A DNA stretch of 63,506 nt, filler included, from Catajapyx aquilonaris (Eukaryota), in NCBI GenBank assembly GCA_000934665.2. It is 3 parts of 3 records of this genome, joined end to end, with 100 filler letters (N's around TTAATTAATTAA, not from the genome) between each part and the next. Parts side by side here need not be neighbours in the genome. Positions count along the whole stretch, not along the records: positions 42,501 to 63,506 come from JYFJ02006153.1; 2 more parts are not named here. One strand, written 5' to 3'. A program made the translations under genes and the position numbers. Numbering within the stretch: position 1 is the first letter of the stretch; each line of letters opens with the position of its first letter. Shown piece after piece: positions 46,701 through 59,971 of this stretch. The notes under the pieces were generated by a model. The model was not told the origin of the DNA. It did no database searches and saw only the letters and a program-made list of their open reading frames with translations.

Positions 46701-49700
46701 TGTGGGTTGCAACATTTACCAAGTCTTGTTCCTTTCAGGAATGGAACTTCCTCCAAGTCAGCAGCTCAGCAGCTGGGTCAGTCGTCAGGAAGCTCCTCCA
46801 TCCAGACCTCAGTTATCCAGTCGACCAAAAATTACCACCAGTCCCATCACACCTCCCACTCATCCCACCCTTCCCATCACTCCTCCTCTTCCCACTCCTC
46901 TTCCTCCCACCACCACCACCACCATCACCACCACCACCACCATCATGGACGAAGTGGCAGTGGCAGCAGCAGTAGCAGCATTGCCAGCACCACCAGCAGT
47001 GGGAGTGGAAACAACAATAACAGCAACAGCACAAACAATAACAACAGCAGCAACAACAATTCGAGTGCACCTAGTGTGGAGGAAATGAACCTGGTGAACT
47101 CTGCCATGAATGGCGAGTCCAAAAGTGGGGTTGGGGAGGGGAGGATGGAAGAAGGAGGGAGTGGGGAGGGAAGTGGAAGTGTCAGTGGTGGCGGTGGAGC
47201 GGGAAGTGCAGGTGACAACAGCGGTGGGGGAGATGGACCTGACACTGGTGAAGAGAGGATGGACATGGAAACAGAAAGGAATGGATACAGTGCCCACACC
47301 AATGGATTTTCTGGTGGAAATGCTGGATATTCAAATGGCTTTCAAAATGGTGTTTCTCACATGGACGGGGAAGAGGAAGAAGAGGAGGAGGAGGATGTAG
47401 ATGATGACGAGGAAGAGGAGGAGGAGGAGGAAGATGATGATGATGAGGAGGATGGGCCCCACCAGGACGAGGAAATGGGTTAGTACTTGTGATGGGGGGG
47501 AAATTGGTAGTCTGAGATGTGGGTTGTGGTGAAGCATTGTGATATTCAATTATATATGCTAGAGGCATTACATTTTATGTTGGACAGTGTCTTGCAGCAT
47601 TTATGAAAGAAAATGTGTGTGAGGACATCGTTACCTGCATTATTGGCGTGTTAGTTACATAAAGCATTCCATAGACATGAAGCCTATTACTGGCTGCCAC
47701 TTAATAGCCTGTTAGTTTCACTTCCTGGCTCAGAGGATTACTCTCTTGGATTTCAAGGTTGAGTTCAACTGTCCTTGGCTAATGATGGGTCCTGAAGAAG
47801 TATTTTAAGTCATGCAGATTCATTAGGTAGCAAGTAATCATTGACTTGATACACATGATACTCTGATTTTTTAAAGTTTGCGCTTGTCACCAGTTGCTAC
47901 TGCAGCTATGGTGACTTGCTCATCAATGACAGCAAGGGTGACGTAAGTCCTAACTTGAAAAATATCTGTGTATAAATGGTAAGATTCAGAGAGGTGGCTT
48001 GCCACATCGTCCATTCTGAGCATAAAACTGAGTTACAATCATTCTGCTGCAAACTTGATACAATTCAGCTTTCCAATCCTCAAAATGTATTGACTTGACG
48101 TGATTGTGGCCTTAGAATTCAAAGTTGGAGTGACTATATTTTTGAACAATTGTTCTCAGTTACTATACTGACTGTGAGCTTTATGTAACCAAGGTCAATT
48201 CCCTGGACACATAGTTACCCAGGCAGTGCATTGTGAGGCCTATGGAGTGAGCCTGAAGATTAATAATCTCTAATACGAATGTATGTGCATGTGCAGGGAA
48301 ATTATTATAATATAACATCAGTGACCTGCACTCATTGTCAGTTGATTAATCAGATGGAATTGGAATGGTTTGCTTCCAGCAAGAAGCATTGGTATGAAAA
48401 GTGAGGAAGTTTACTCTAATGGGTCTGTCATACACACGCTGCGCGAGCTGAGTCCCACGTTTTCTCGTCGTGCGCTGCGCCCAAAACCTGTCAGACAGCA
48501 AGCGCACGCCACAAGAGGGGGTGGTTCGTGGTTGGGAATAATAAAGGGAACACAGGAATGGAACGGCAAGGAACGTTCCGCCGTGAAAAACCACCAGTCA
48601 CGCTGCTGTTCTGGGGGACCTCCTCCCGTGCTCTCTCTTTGGAATCCGTGTTCTGCCGAGTCCACACGTCCCAAATAATGGGTTTCTCCTCAATGCATGC
48701 AACCATGCCACAAACACCTCGTCCGATAATGTTGCAGCCGGGTTGCAGCCATCTTTTTTTCTGACCAAGGAACCGGCAGGAAGTGGAGCAGGCAGGCCGA
48801 GGGGTGGTCGCGGGGAGGGGTGGGCAACATGGTGCGAAAGGTCTCGACCAATCGTGGAGGCAGCGTAGGACGTAGCGAAGTACCAGAGCCTAGCTGCGTT
48901 CCCCCACTTTCCACCCCAATTTCTGGTTTCAAGTAGGCCTTCCGGGCTCAGCGCGGCGCCACGAGCACCAGTGTGACAGGGCCGGCGAAGGAAAGTTGGC
49001 TCGCTGGGGCCCGCGCAAGCGGCGCAGCGTGTGTATGACAGACCCATAAAGTAACAAGGAACAATGAGATGGGGACTCAACTGCTGTTATAGAGCGGGAT
49101 GTCCCATCTCTTTCTTTGTTATCGTATATGTTTCTCTCTCAGGCTGCTGAGCAATGTTCATGTCAATAAGGTGGTGCCCAGTTGTTGGATGCCATTTTTA
49201 CTTAGCAGGATAAGCATCAAAATAGGCAAAATTGGTATTGTTATAGAAATGTAAGCAATATTGAATGTTTTCACAGCACGCAGATCTTAAAATTACACAG
49301 CAAAACGATTCTGTTTTTCTTTATCAGGAGAGTAAGACTAATTGTGGGATGCAAGTTCATCTTGCTTATCATATGCTAAGGGAGAAATATTCAGCCCTTG
49401 TAATACCTTGAGTAAAACTTGCCATAGTCTGCATGACATTTTTGACTGCATGTAAAGATACTTGTCACTCACTACGCCAGCCAAACTCTTTGGAAATTCA
49501 AGCATCATGAAATTTGCAGCAGATTCTGCCCACCATTGCCCTCTCTATCCCTCAGTCTTCAGAGTCACAAGTGTCACACGTCATAATGTGGCAAATATAA
49601 GGAAATTATAGATGTTCATTACAGTAGTAGTTGCGTAATTTTTTGTGTACCGTATGCCACTGCTTGTCTTATACATGTGTAGGCTAAGTGGTACATTATT

Positions 49701-52700
49701 TTGTCGCATCTAGACTACTGAATGTGTACAAGTTGTTAGAGATGTATTTGGTGATGGGTACAATCCCTCATCTCATTCATAATACCATCTAGACACTGAA
49801 TTGGCTTCATGTGGGTTGCAAAGAGTGACCAGTATGAAAATATTGTTATAATTATTGTTCTAGTGTAAATAAGTAATATCATATGACTGTTCATGCATAG
49901 AGTGGCACACCCGTCAAAGGAGAGGTGACCACATTTGTGAAAATGTTCATCTGGTAGCTATACCGGCCTGCTAGTTGAGACAAATCAACTGTATTAAATA
50001 CCAGTCTGGGCACGTATCATGTGATATTCTGTCCTGTTGGTCACCCTTGTTTTATATTGACCTGCCACTCTGTGCTTGAATATATGGTACTGGGGTTGAA
50101 GGCTGCAGCTTATCGTCGCTGTGGAGTCAAAACCACGTAACTCGAATAATACTAATTTTTCAGGAGAGCAAAAAAACTAAATACAAAAATTACACTTGCA
50201 TTGAGATTTAATTGCTTCACCTGGCCATATCTTCGCTCCTATTGGGCAAAAAATTACGCCGTTTTGATGGCAGATGCAGCGCAAAATCCCTGATTTTCAG
50301 GATCAAAAACCCGAAATCGGCCGAAAAGCGAGTTACGCGGTTTTGACTCCACAGCGACGTTATGCTTCACAAGTAGATGTGTCAAGTTTGTAGAGTCATG
50401 GCATTGTCATCTGAAATGCATTCTGAGGTGTCAAACATTTCACTAATCAAGTTCATATTATTGTTACTGAGAAATTTGAATATTATAGGAATGGGTATGA
50501 TGGAAAGGATCTCTTGAAATGTGACAGTAAATTTTTGAAAATTTTAGGGTTTAGGGGCATTGTGCATGATTATCTACAGTAGCAGTTACATTTTAATAGC
50601 GGGCATATGTTTACATGTTGTATTGTATAGAGGGCCACAAAATCCTTTTGCATAAGGTTTTGCATTTATTTTACATGTTTTCAATTGTGTATTTTTATGC
50701 CTAGGGCTTCATATGACATATGCATAGGCCACTTGCTTTGTTACAGTAATCATTTATGGATAACCCAGGTTAGTTCAGACATCAGAGGTGTCATGAGGCA
50801 ACAGGTATACTGCATCAAGATGACGCTCCAGCACATTGTGCTGCACCAGTTAGAGAATGTATTGACCATCAATTCAGTGGATGTTGTGAGCCTTGAAGCC
50901 ACCTCCCGCAAATTGTCTCAAGAGTTCCGAACTCACGAAATCTGTAAAATTATTCTGTCACTATTTTCTGTACATTTCTCCATATTTTTTGAGACCTTTT
51001 GCATTTTAAAAAACCTATTTTTATTATAAATTTATAGAATTCAATTGTAGGCACAGAGCAGCCCCATGCAACTCCCACCCTTTCTATATGGTGACAGTAG
51101 GGATACTTACAGAGTCTCCGTCTTGGTACTGGTGTCACTCGCTCGGTGGATCAGGCTGCCAGGCAAATTCAGCGGACGCCTTTTGAACCAACCCATAGAG
51201 TCAATAGTACAGCACCCTCAGTCATATTCTGCAAAAAGAGCTAAAGAGCTAACATGGCTAGGATAGTCAATAAACTCGTATTATAGTCATATTCTGCAGA
51301 TTCTCTCACAGCCACATGGCAACCCGATCCCCCACAGTGAGCCAAAATTCTAGGCTGCCCAAGACTTCTATATTACACTATCGTATCAGGAGTTGCGTGG
51401 GAGTGGTACAGAGTTATGTCCTCCCCTCAAACAAGTTGTAGTATGGGGTAGAAAAATAAATAACCTAATTCCTTGAATGATGGACTGGTAGAGAACCATA
51501 CTCCATATTGAATTTCATACATTTAACACCTTATGGCCCTTTGGCATTTGTGGAGAGAAAATTGGTGAACTCCACCTTGTGACAGTTGACTTATTGGCAT
51601 GGAAGAGGATGTCCAGAAGAAGGGCAGGAAAATGTCAAATTTTTACAGAGAAGTTGTAATTAGTATGCAAAGGGACACTACATATTCTTTGCTTGAACCA
51701 TTTGTGTACTGGGTTAAGAAACTTACAAGCATGACTTGGTGTCGTGCTACTCACTATTGTAAAGGGACGGTTCTTTCACTAACTTTTGCCTTACTAGTGG
51801 TGAAGGTTTCATAGCACCACAGGATGCCATGTTCCAGAAGGTTTTTTGCGTCGAGTGCTCATTCATGAAAAAAGGAAGGTGGCGTACTACAAATGTTCTT
51901 TTAACACACATCTAACAAGCAAAAGCTATTGGAAACAGTCATTTACAGTCTATGCATAGTTTTTGTTACCATGAACCTGGAAGTGACACTTTCATGACAC
52001 ATCTTCCTTTTGCTCATGGTTGAATATGGGCTTTCTTTACCAGCATGATTGTGAAAGTGTGGTATGTCATCCATTAGTTGCCACAAAGCTCTCTAAGTGT
52101 ACCATGAACTTATATTTCAATTCAATTTGGTATTGGAGTGAAGTGGTGAATTACACTTGACTTATGGGGAGAAATGGTCCAAGTGGGCTGTGGAATTATT
52201 ATTTATCCTTCTGTAAGTTGACCATGGTCAAAAAAGTTGCAACTTTAGGCACTGCTTTGCAACCAGACTAGTATTGTATATTCCTCATAACTTCTAATGT
52301 CATCATTATGGGATGCAAATCTTTCTGAACTTCTAGCCATGTTTTAGACGTCATCATTTATGCTTTCCCCCCCCCCAAATAATTTGTGTAATTATGTGCA
52401 TTGGAGTGGGCATGCACTAATTTTTCAGCAATACTCAACATATAATGCACTACTGGTACACGACAGTGCAATTTTACCAAGCTCCCTGTATGTTGGTGAT
52501 AGAGTGCATTGCAGCAGAGTTTGTATTGCCATAATTTTGCTGTAGATCAGTATCTGTAAGTCTTTCTTGCACCCTTAATTTTAACCACGTGGCATTGCCC
52601 ATTCAATATCTGAACCCCCATGAACCTGTAATACCCAGGTATTTCTAACTCTTGTTCTACACCGTCACTAAACCTGTATTCAACACAGGAGTATGCAAAA

Positions 52701-55700
52701 CTTTCATTTTAAGAAGTAATTTGCTATTGTGGATTGACTTTATCAGCCATGTACAGGGACGTAGTGGAAGAGTGGTTTAGGTGAAGCTGTAAATGATCAC
52801 AGTAAAACATTTTACTTGGTAGGAATGCCTACACAAGCAGCCTGCACAATCAGTCTTGTGCAGTGTTGTGGTAGATTTGACAGATTGTAATGGTGGAAAG
52901 GGACCAGGCTGCTCATGAGAGCAATGTGAATTGTTTGAGACAAGATGGAGGTGGAACAGAAGATATTGGGACTTCAAAACTAGAACATAATCTTATAATC
53001 TTGGCCCTACCTACTAGACAGTGGCACCACATGCATGATTCAAAGTAATGTTGCATCCTCACATAAAAGTTGCATTCTTAAGTATCTTGGCTGTAAGTAA
53101 AGTCTTGATCATACACCCTGTTCCCATTCTTAAGCCGGATCCACACTGGGTTATTATCTGGCAAAGGGAAAATCTCCCAAGTACTGTCCTATGTGTTATT
53201 CCTGTATTCCTCCCTCTCCCACTTTTCCCAATGTGCGCTCCACATTACATTGGAGAAAACCCTGTTGGAGGGGATCGACTTCCAACATGTGGTCAATTGA
53301 CAATCTCCGTGGGCCCACCCTGACAAAGTGTGATGAATGGGCGGTACTGAGCATGCGGGGAGGGAGGAACCAATGAGGATAGGGCACCTCGCAGGACTCT
53401 GACCAATAAATAGAAACAAGGATAAATTTTCAAGTCCTCATGTGATGTCATGAATTGAATCGGAGAAGTGCCCCACACTGACTCAGTTTCTCGCAACCTC
53501 TCATAATGGAACTGTTCCTTGAGAGAAAATAACCCAGTGTGGAACCCGTTTTAGTGTCAGTTGCTACCACAACTCTTCCAATTTCATTATTAGGATAGAG
53601 TTGACCTTACTGGCGTGCGGGAGGGTAGTAGTCGGTGGGGGGGCAGCGGGCTTGTCGCAAATATAGGTCTGTATCCACAAGGAAGAAAGGTTAGGCTTGT
53701 TTAGGTTAGGTTGGTACAGCATACCCCTTCCAAAATCCGAAAAATCAATCTTTGCATCCTTGCCTTTGTGACATAGCCAAGCTGCCCCCAGCCACCACTC
53801 ACCCTGCCGGCTCCTGCACGCCAGTAAGGGTTACTCTTTCTCATTATTATCCACAGGGAAGGTGGTACACTGCCTAAGGTTACATCTCAAACAATGAGAC
53901 ATTGTAAATCTGCATTAAGTAGCCCACTCTCTCCAATAGTGCATGCACACTCTAATCCCACATACAGGTTGAGATGTAGCTGTGAGTATGTGCATGCATG
54001 ACTAAAAGAAATCATTCATATATTGTTACTTCACCTTGTTGAAGATATCAACTCAAGCTCTATAAAACACTGTACCTATTTCTTTGCCTACTTATTCTTC
54101 ACTGGGAATATTTATACAAGTACATATAAAGTGGATATTTGTGTAGGGCAAATGTACGAGTTGCTGCTTCCAAAATTCAGCTCATTTTATGTGGCCATGT
54201 GGGAGTTGAAAAATTCGAAATCTTAAAAACCTTTATGTAATTTACATGCACAAGTTTTGAGAGTATTCTGTGAGGTTGCCTTCAAAATTTTGTGTTTCAC
54301 CTAATATGTGATTGACCTCACTGTAAACTGTTTTAACCATTAAAAGAGCATCACTGATGAGTCTCCCATGGAGCATCAATCTTTTGATGCTTTTTTGTTG
54401 CTTTTTTGTTGCTAAAAAGCATTACAATAGCATGTTCCATGGGAGACTCACTAGTGATGCTCTTTTAATGGTGTGCAGTTGACAGTGTTGGATTATAACT
54501 CTCATCATTGTAATATTTTGCATTTTCTATTAACTGGAATACATTTAAAGTGACAGACTGGCTTGTGGGAGATGAGATGAAACATTCCATGTTTTAGCAT
54601 ATGGGATTAGTATGTAGGTGAAAGTTGACCACGTCGAATTTTTAACAGTGACTTGTCCATTAGTTGTGAGAATTGTATCTCATAGTGGTAGACAAGTTGG
54701 TGAATTGTAGCAAGAGCAACTGGAAAGGGGGTGGCATCTTTAGGGAACATGTTTAATCACAGAGTGCATTTGTGGAATTGGCCATGTAGTGCTGATATAC
54801 ATTCAGGTTGTAAGGGGGATAGTTGTTAAATAAGTAACTTAAATAAAAAATTTGTAAGTAGAGTGAACCATACATATTGTTTAAAAATGACATATCTCAC
54901 CAATGTCTCCATCCCTTGATGGATGTTTTTATTTGCTTCTTTGCCTACATTTGTGACAGCTTATTTTACAATGTTTGCTCAGATGTGGACCCACCTCACA
55001 ACCGTCGGCAACTGTGTGGAGGCAGCTCAACAGCGATTGAAAGAATGCTTCAGTTTGGTCGTGAGCTACAAGCACTGAGTGTTTCCCTTCGATTGGAACA
55101 AGGCAAGAGTGAAGCCAACAAGAAAATGTTACAGGTAGTGTGTCTTCTGGCTTGGTTGTGCCTGGCTTATTTATTATGTGAGGTAATCTTTGATGTTATG
55201 ATTTGGTTGTTGTTGTTACAGGATGTGTTCAGCCTGCTGGCCTATGCTGACCCTTGGAGCAGTCCAGTGGGGTGGCAACTAGACCCTGTTCACAGAGAGT
55301 CGGTGTGCAGCACACTCAACTCTGCCATCCTAGGTAAAATGCAATACATTATGGTTGCTTCATCATATGCTGAAGAGTATCTCAAAAAATTCTAGGAGTC
55401 CCAAAGGCTGCGAGCTGCAACAAAGGTACCTTTTAAGCCTTCTGAAATTCTAGTCTTCAACGTCCTAGTTGACAATTAGTGTAAGTTTTTGAATTTTAGA
55501 CACATATTTAGGTACAGTATACTATTCCATGACACTCAAATGGGCTGATGTGAAGGCCATGGAGCGTGTCTTGAAGCCATTGCAGGTTATAAGGAAGAAT
55601 CTCTGGATCTTGGTAATACTTGCAGTTGGTTGGAGAAGTCATTAATAAGCTCTGTTGCTGTGAAACCCACAACAAAGCAGGAAGAAGTCAGACCGGCATG

Positions 55701-57334
55701 GATTTGTACTGGAAACAGACACATGAGGCAGGGAGGTGTGACAACCCCTGAGTGTAACAACACACATACTTCTGAGCTAAATAACAACAACCAAGGCAGG
55801 GAGGAAGCATTTCACTCAAAAATATATGGTCATGACAAAGAGAGAGGAGTGCCTCTCTTGGAGGCTAATTTGAGCTTCAGGTCTGCTATCATATATTTTT
55901 GAGTGACTGTACCTGGCAGTATTGCAGGCTGTGTCAGGGGATGGCCAATGTGGCCAGTAAATATGGTATTTTGATCTAAAGGGAGAATCAGAACTCCAGG
56001 TCACTGCCACCAGCATGTTCATTGGTCCAAAAGAAGCCTAATTGGATGAATGAGAAGTGTTGAAAATTCAGCTGTTAATGATATTGATGGTGTTTGGTTG
56101 CCCTTGAGACACAAGTGACCACCTGTGTGGTATCTCATCTGGAATGGATGCACAGAGAAGCTCCAAATGTCCTAAGCATAGTGGAAGTCATGCACTTCAA
56201 TTATCATCATCTGCTTTGTTATCAGTTAGGCTTTCAACATTTCTGACGTCTTCATTTTAGACCCTGGAACCAAGGAACCCTGGTGGGAGATTGACCCAGT
56301 ATAGTTGAAGGATTTGGAGGATGCATGTGTAGATTGCTTTTTTGAATGGTGATGAAGGGAGAATATTATAGCTATACTAGCCAGGGCTCAAACATTCCAA
56401 CAAAAACCTTAGAGAATCACCCACGATTCCCTGTGATTTACATGGGGATTTGCCATCAAAACATGAGATTCATTCAGATTCACCCCGTGGCACGGGTACC
56501 AGGCAGAGGCGATTTTGCATTGAAACGAAATGCAAAATTGTCACCAACTTTTTGATTGATATAGTACAACAGATATATCTCATAGTATTGCAGTATTGTA
56601 TTTCATCCAATGAATCTGGTACCCTGGGTATGCTTTGCTTACGGCATTCAAAATGTGTGATATAGGCTTGCAATTTAGGGATCTCCACACTGTTGGCTGC
56701 ATACCCAAGATGGAATACAGTGAATTTTTGCTGCATTGGTCAGGAATTGGCCCAAAACACTGACGATGTCATATACCATTTTGAACCAATAACCAAGCCG
56801 TGGAGTGTGCACCACAAGTGTGATATGCTCTCTCCATCTCATCCATGTTGCCTGAGCCAGGCTTTCATGGGAGTGGTATTCCGTTGCTTGTGATTCTGCA
56901 CACTTGGGCCCTGGTCACACTTGCAACAAATCTACCTTGATAATGCAAGACACAGGGTGACTATCTAAGAGAAATTTTGTACTGTGGAAGCTGTGCCCCA
57001 TATTGAATAGAGCATGGAGCCTGGGGGCAAAGAGGAACATGGCCACAATATTGCAGGAAAATATCACCTGTTCTATTTTCAGGAGATTTGTTGCATGTGT
57101 GACTGGAGCACTGTGATGTGACGCAAGTGCCAGCAGTTCAGAGTGAAAATGAGAAAGCAAGTGGTTCTGGTTTTGGAGTTGTTATTGCCCTTGCTTTCAG
57201 AATCTTTGAACCTTCCTCGGCGACCTCCAGTGGAGATGGCCCTCGCACACTCCAAAGAATTGGTGGGCTTAATGGCTCGGAGTGGAATTGGGTCTTGCGC
57301 ATTTGCAGATGTGGAGGAGCTGCTCAGACACTGA
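43735..57334 (+). CDS. RANBP9: Ran-binding protein 9/10 (RanBPM, CTLH complex scaffold), 5'-partial, 7 exons
   Basis: Exons: 43735-43919 ([22 protein letters not shown], end of SPRY); 43979-44091 (Lis[15 protein letters not shown]); 44159-44318 or 44354 ([18 protein letters not shown]); 46739-47478 (low complexity); 54983-55134; 55222-55333 ([25 protein letters not shown]); 57201-57334 (GSCAFADV...stop). Confidence 0.95.
44425..44954. mobile_element. mariner-type MITE with long TIRs
   Basis: TA|CGAGGGGCGTTCATAAAGTT ... AACTTTATGAACTCCCCTCG|TA; about 200-bp imperfect arms. Confidence 0.85.
45680..46208. mobile_element. Degenerate piggyBac-like MITE
   Basis: TTAACCCTTTCCCTGCCAT ... ATGGCCAGAGAGTTAA; weak TIR match. 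Confidence 0.45.
46258..46497. mobile_element. Small MITE
   Basis: ATCTGACCAAAGGACGAATTC / GAATTCGTCCTTTTGTCAGAT. Confidence 0.7.
48420..49046. mobile_element. PIF/Harbinger-type MITE, GC-rich
   Basis: TGGGTCTGTCATACACACGCTGCGC perfect TIR, TAA TSD. Confidence 0.88.
50114..50359. mobile_element. MITE with 4-bp TSD
   Basis: CGTCGCTGTGGAGTCAAAACC.CGTAACTCG TIR, TTAT TSD. Confidence 0.85.
53598..53836. mobile_element. Short TIR element with (TTAGG)n; related to 1571-1797
   Basis: CCTTACTGGCGTGC / GCACGCCAGTAAGG TIRs; the body is the reverse complement of 1571-1797. Confidence 0.75.
54337..54472. repeat. Hairpin or miniature foldback element
   Basis: ACCATTAAAAGAGCATCACT..TGAGTCTCCCATGGA is mirrored at about 54435-54472. 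Confidence 0.75.
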
Positions 57335-59299
57335 CCTCTTACTCACTGCCAACAACTAGACTACGCCAATGCTGCTCCCACCATGGTGGCGTCAAATAAC
57401 AAGGAACACCAAGCCTGGCCCGTCTCGCATCATCTTATGGTCCACAAGGGGGAGGGGTGAAAACCATCAACAGGATGCTACTGCAACAACAAGACAAACC
57501 GCAACAATAATAAGTAGATAAGACATTGGAACAAGGAACAGACTTGCAATGAGAAAGCTTGAATGTGTTGGTGAGTTCAGGGACTTCATTTCATGATACA
57601 TTCAGTTATGGACTTTGTTTGCTCTGTCCTTTTTTTTAAAAAAATCCTGAGCCTTACTGAACACTAGTGCAGACATGTGTACTAACTTGTCATCATGAAA
57701 GCTGGCACATGGAAGGTGTCAGTTTGAGTATCAGTAAACTCCTCTCTATCCTTTGTCCCCCCCACATGTATAGTTACGTGTGTAGAGTGCAGGATAGAAG
57801 GTACCAGGAAAGAAAAAAAAGGTGACATAGCAGCTGAACACATGGGGGAATTTCCCAGGATTTTCTCGAATAATTTCATCACAAAAAATTTTCACCTCCC
57901 CTGATGGCGACCTCTTTGTTTCTATTCTCGAAGCAAACGATAATGTCCATGTACAGAAAATAATGAGGAGGGTAGGAAAAACGATGGCTGCAGTGGGGCA
58001 ACCGTGATAACGTAATATCTGCGAGGTTTTTCCAATAATGGTAAACACTGTGGAGGGTCCAAAAAAGAAAGGTAATTTAGCTATCATTAATCAGGGGGGT
58101 ATATCTTGTGGTGGGGGGAGGGGGAAAAGTGATATTTTTCCAACTGCCAATATTGCCATGCCTCGGCAACATCGACGCCATAAAAGATTGGCTGCCGTAG
58201 GGTTGATAAGTGCACCTATTCACCAACTGGAAAGTATGACTTAGACCTCCTTTGTACCCCCTCCCTACCTCCTCCCCAACTTCCTTCCACCCTCCCCGTT
58301 GCCACTGAACGAAAAATACCTTTCGCAGGTTTGTACATAAAATTGTTCTTATATATAATTAATTATTATTATGTTTATTATTATTATTATACTAGAAGCA
58401 TATTTGTAGTGAAAAGAGCGATTGAGCGATAATGAGTTACTGCAAATTTACTTCACCCTTGCCCTCAGCATGATTGCTGTTGCTGTCTTCGCTACTAAAA
58501 ATAAAAAATAAAAAGAATCGTATAAAAATAATAATACTATGGAAATAGGGGTTTTCAAGTCGAGAGGTGTTATTTTTGTGGTCATTTGTACTTTTTGTCC
58601 TTAATTTGATTGAGCAGATGCTTATGGGATTGTTTACTCTTACCTTTTTGCCTCCCCCCTCCCCCCATATGGTTAATGACTGTGACATGTAAACTACCTT
58701 CCTGTTTTATGTTTGATCACTTTTTCCTTCACAGAGGTGAGCGCCTATTTGAATAATTTCCTCTCTAGTAGGCCATGGTTAATGAGGCAGAATAAATACT
58801 GTAAACCCAAAAAAATAAATAAGGGCACTGTTGTCACTTTTAGCTCTCGCATCCGTGCAGCCAAAAAAAAGTGTGACTTGAAGAATAAATGGGTGCTTGA
58901 ATGTGTCTACGAAGAAAGATTGAGAGATACGAATGAGTGGGAAAAAACAGAGAAGTTAGTCGGGTCTCCCATTTTAGATCCTGCTGGCGTGAAGAAAAAT
59001 TAATTATAATTATGACTTAAAAAGGACCTGTTGGTTTTTTTGTTCTTTTTACTGTAATGCACTCCAACTGTATTTAATCCTGAAGGAAAATAAAAATTGT
59101 AATTACAGAGGAGTCCACGTAGTTTCTGTACTAGTCTACCCATCATTCACTAACAGGGGTCATTACTGTGTGAACTACATGTGGCCCTCTCACTTGGACA
59201 TAGCCATTACCAGTTGGCACACCCCGCTTGAGCAGCATTTCTCAACCAGGGTTCCGTGAGAAATAGTAATTGTGTCCATGATTGTGTGGGGACGCTACA

Positions 59300-59520
59300 T
59301 GCACCTAGGTGATGAGTCAGCGCATAGGGACAAAGTCACGCCTAGCCAATTCTATGTACAGTACTGTCCGGCAACCGTATTTCGCATTACGGTTCCGGGG
59401 AATGGGTGCGTCTCCGTACCCTTCCGACTGACGTCACTGGCCTCCTTGCTGGGCTCCCATTGGCCGCACTGAAAACGCATCCCTTTGGTACCAAAGGCGG
59501 GGCAAATGGGGTGGTGGGGG
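59300..59520 (+). promoter_or_regulatory. Putative G-alpha-o promoter
   Basis: GC/CpG-rich stretch upstream of exon 1 with TGAGTCA (59313), palindromic CRE TGACGTCA (59429) and a reverse CCAAT (ATTGG, 59459). Confidence 0.45.
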
Positions 59521-59853
59521 AGCGTCGCGGAGAGAGGGGAGAGGAGAGGAGACAGGCAGGGGGGGCTGCTTCGCCCGGTTTAGTGATCGTCTGTTGGGCG
59601 CCCGCCGTGTATGGGTGTAGTCAGGCAGCGGCGCCTGGCGGTGGGGAGCGGAGGGACGGGGAGCCGCTCATTTCGGTGCTGGTGATAATATATCCTTTCC
59701 TGAATAATATCCCCCCAAGAGAGAAAAGTGCGGGAGTGTGAAGTGTCGCATGTACAGGGATTCCAGTGCCGCCGGTGAGGGTTGCCTTCGCGCCTGGTGG
59801 GAGTGTGGAAGAGCATCGTGGATTGCCAGGGCGTATCATATCTGGTAGGGAAG

Positions 59854-59971
59854 ATGGGGTGCGCCATGTCTGCGGAGGAGCGCGCGGCGCTGGCTCGCTC
59901 CAAGCAGATAGAGAAGAACCTGAAGGAGGACGGGATCCAGGCGGCCAAGGACATCAAATTACTACTGCTAG
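59854..59971 (+). CDS. GNAO1: G protein alpha-o subunit, first coding exon (118 nt)
   Basis: [40 protein letters not shown]|gtgcgt: MGC acylation motif and the conserved phase-1 intron after KLLLLG. Confidence 0.95.

Noticed and set aside
48346..49080. Several overlapping ORFs in a RanBP9 intron
   Set aside because: They fall within a GC-rich MITE and show no recognisable protein motifs.
54354..54460. Hammerhead ribozyme (CTGATGAG followed by a stem)
   Set aside because: No GAAA core after the stem; it is simply one arm of an inverted repeat.
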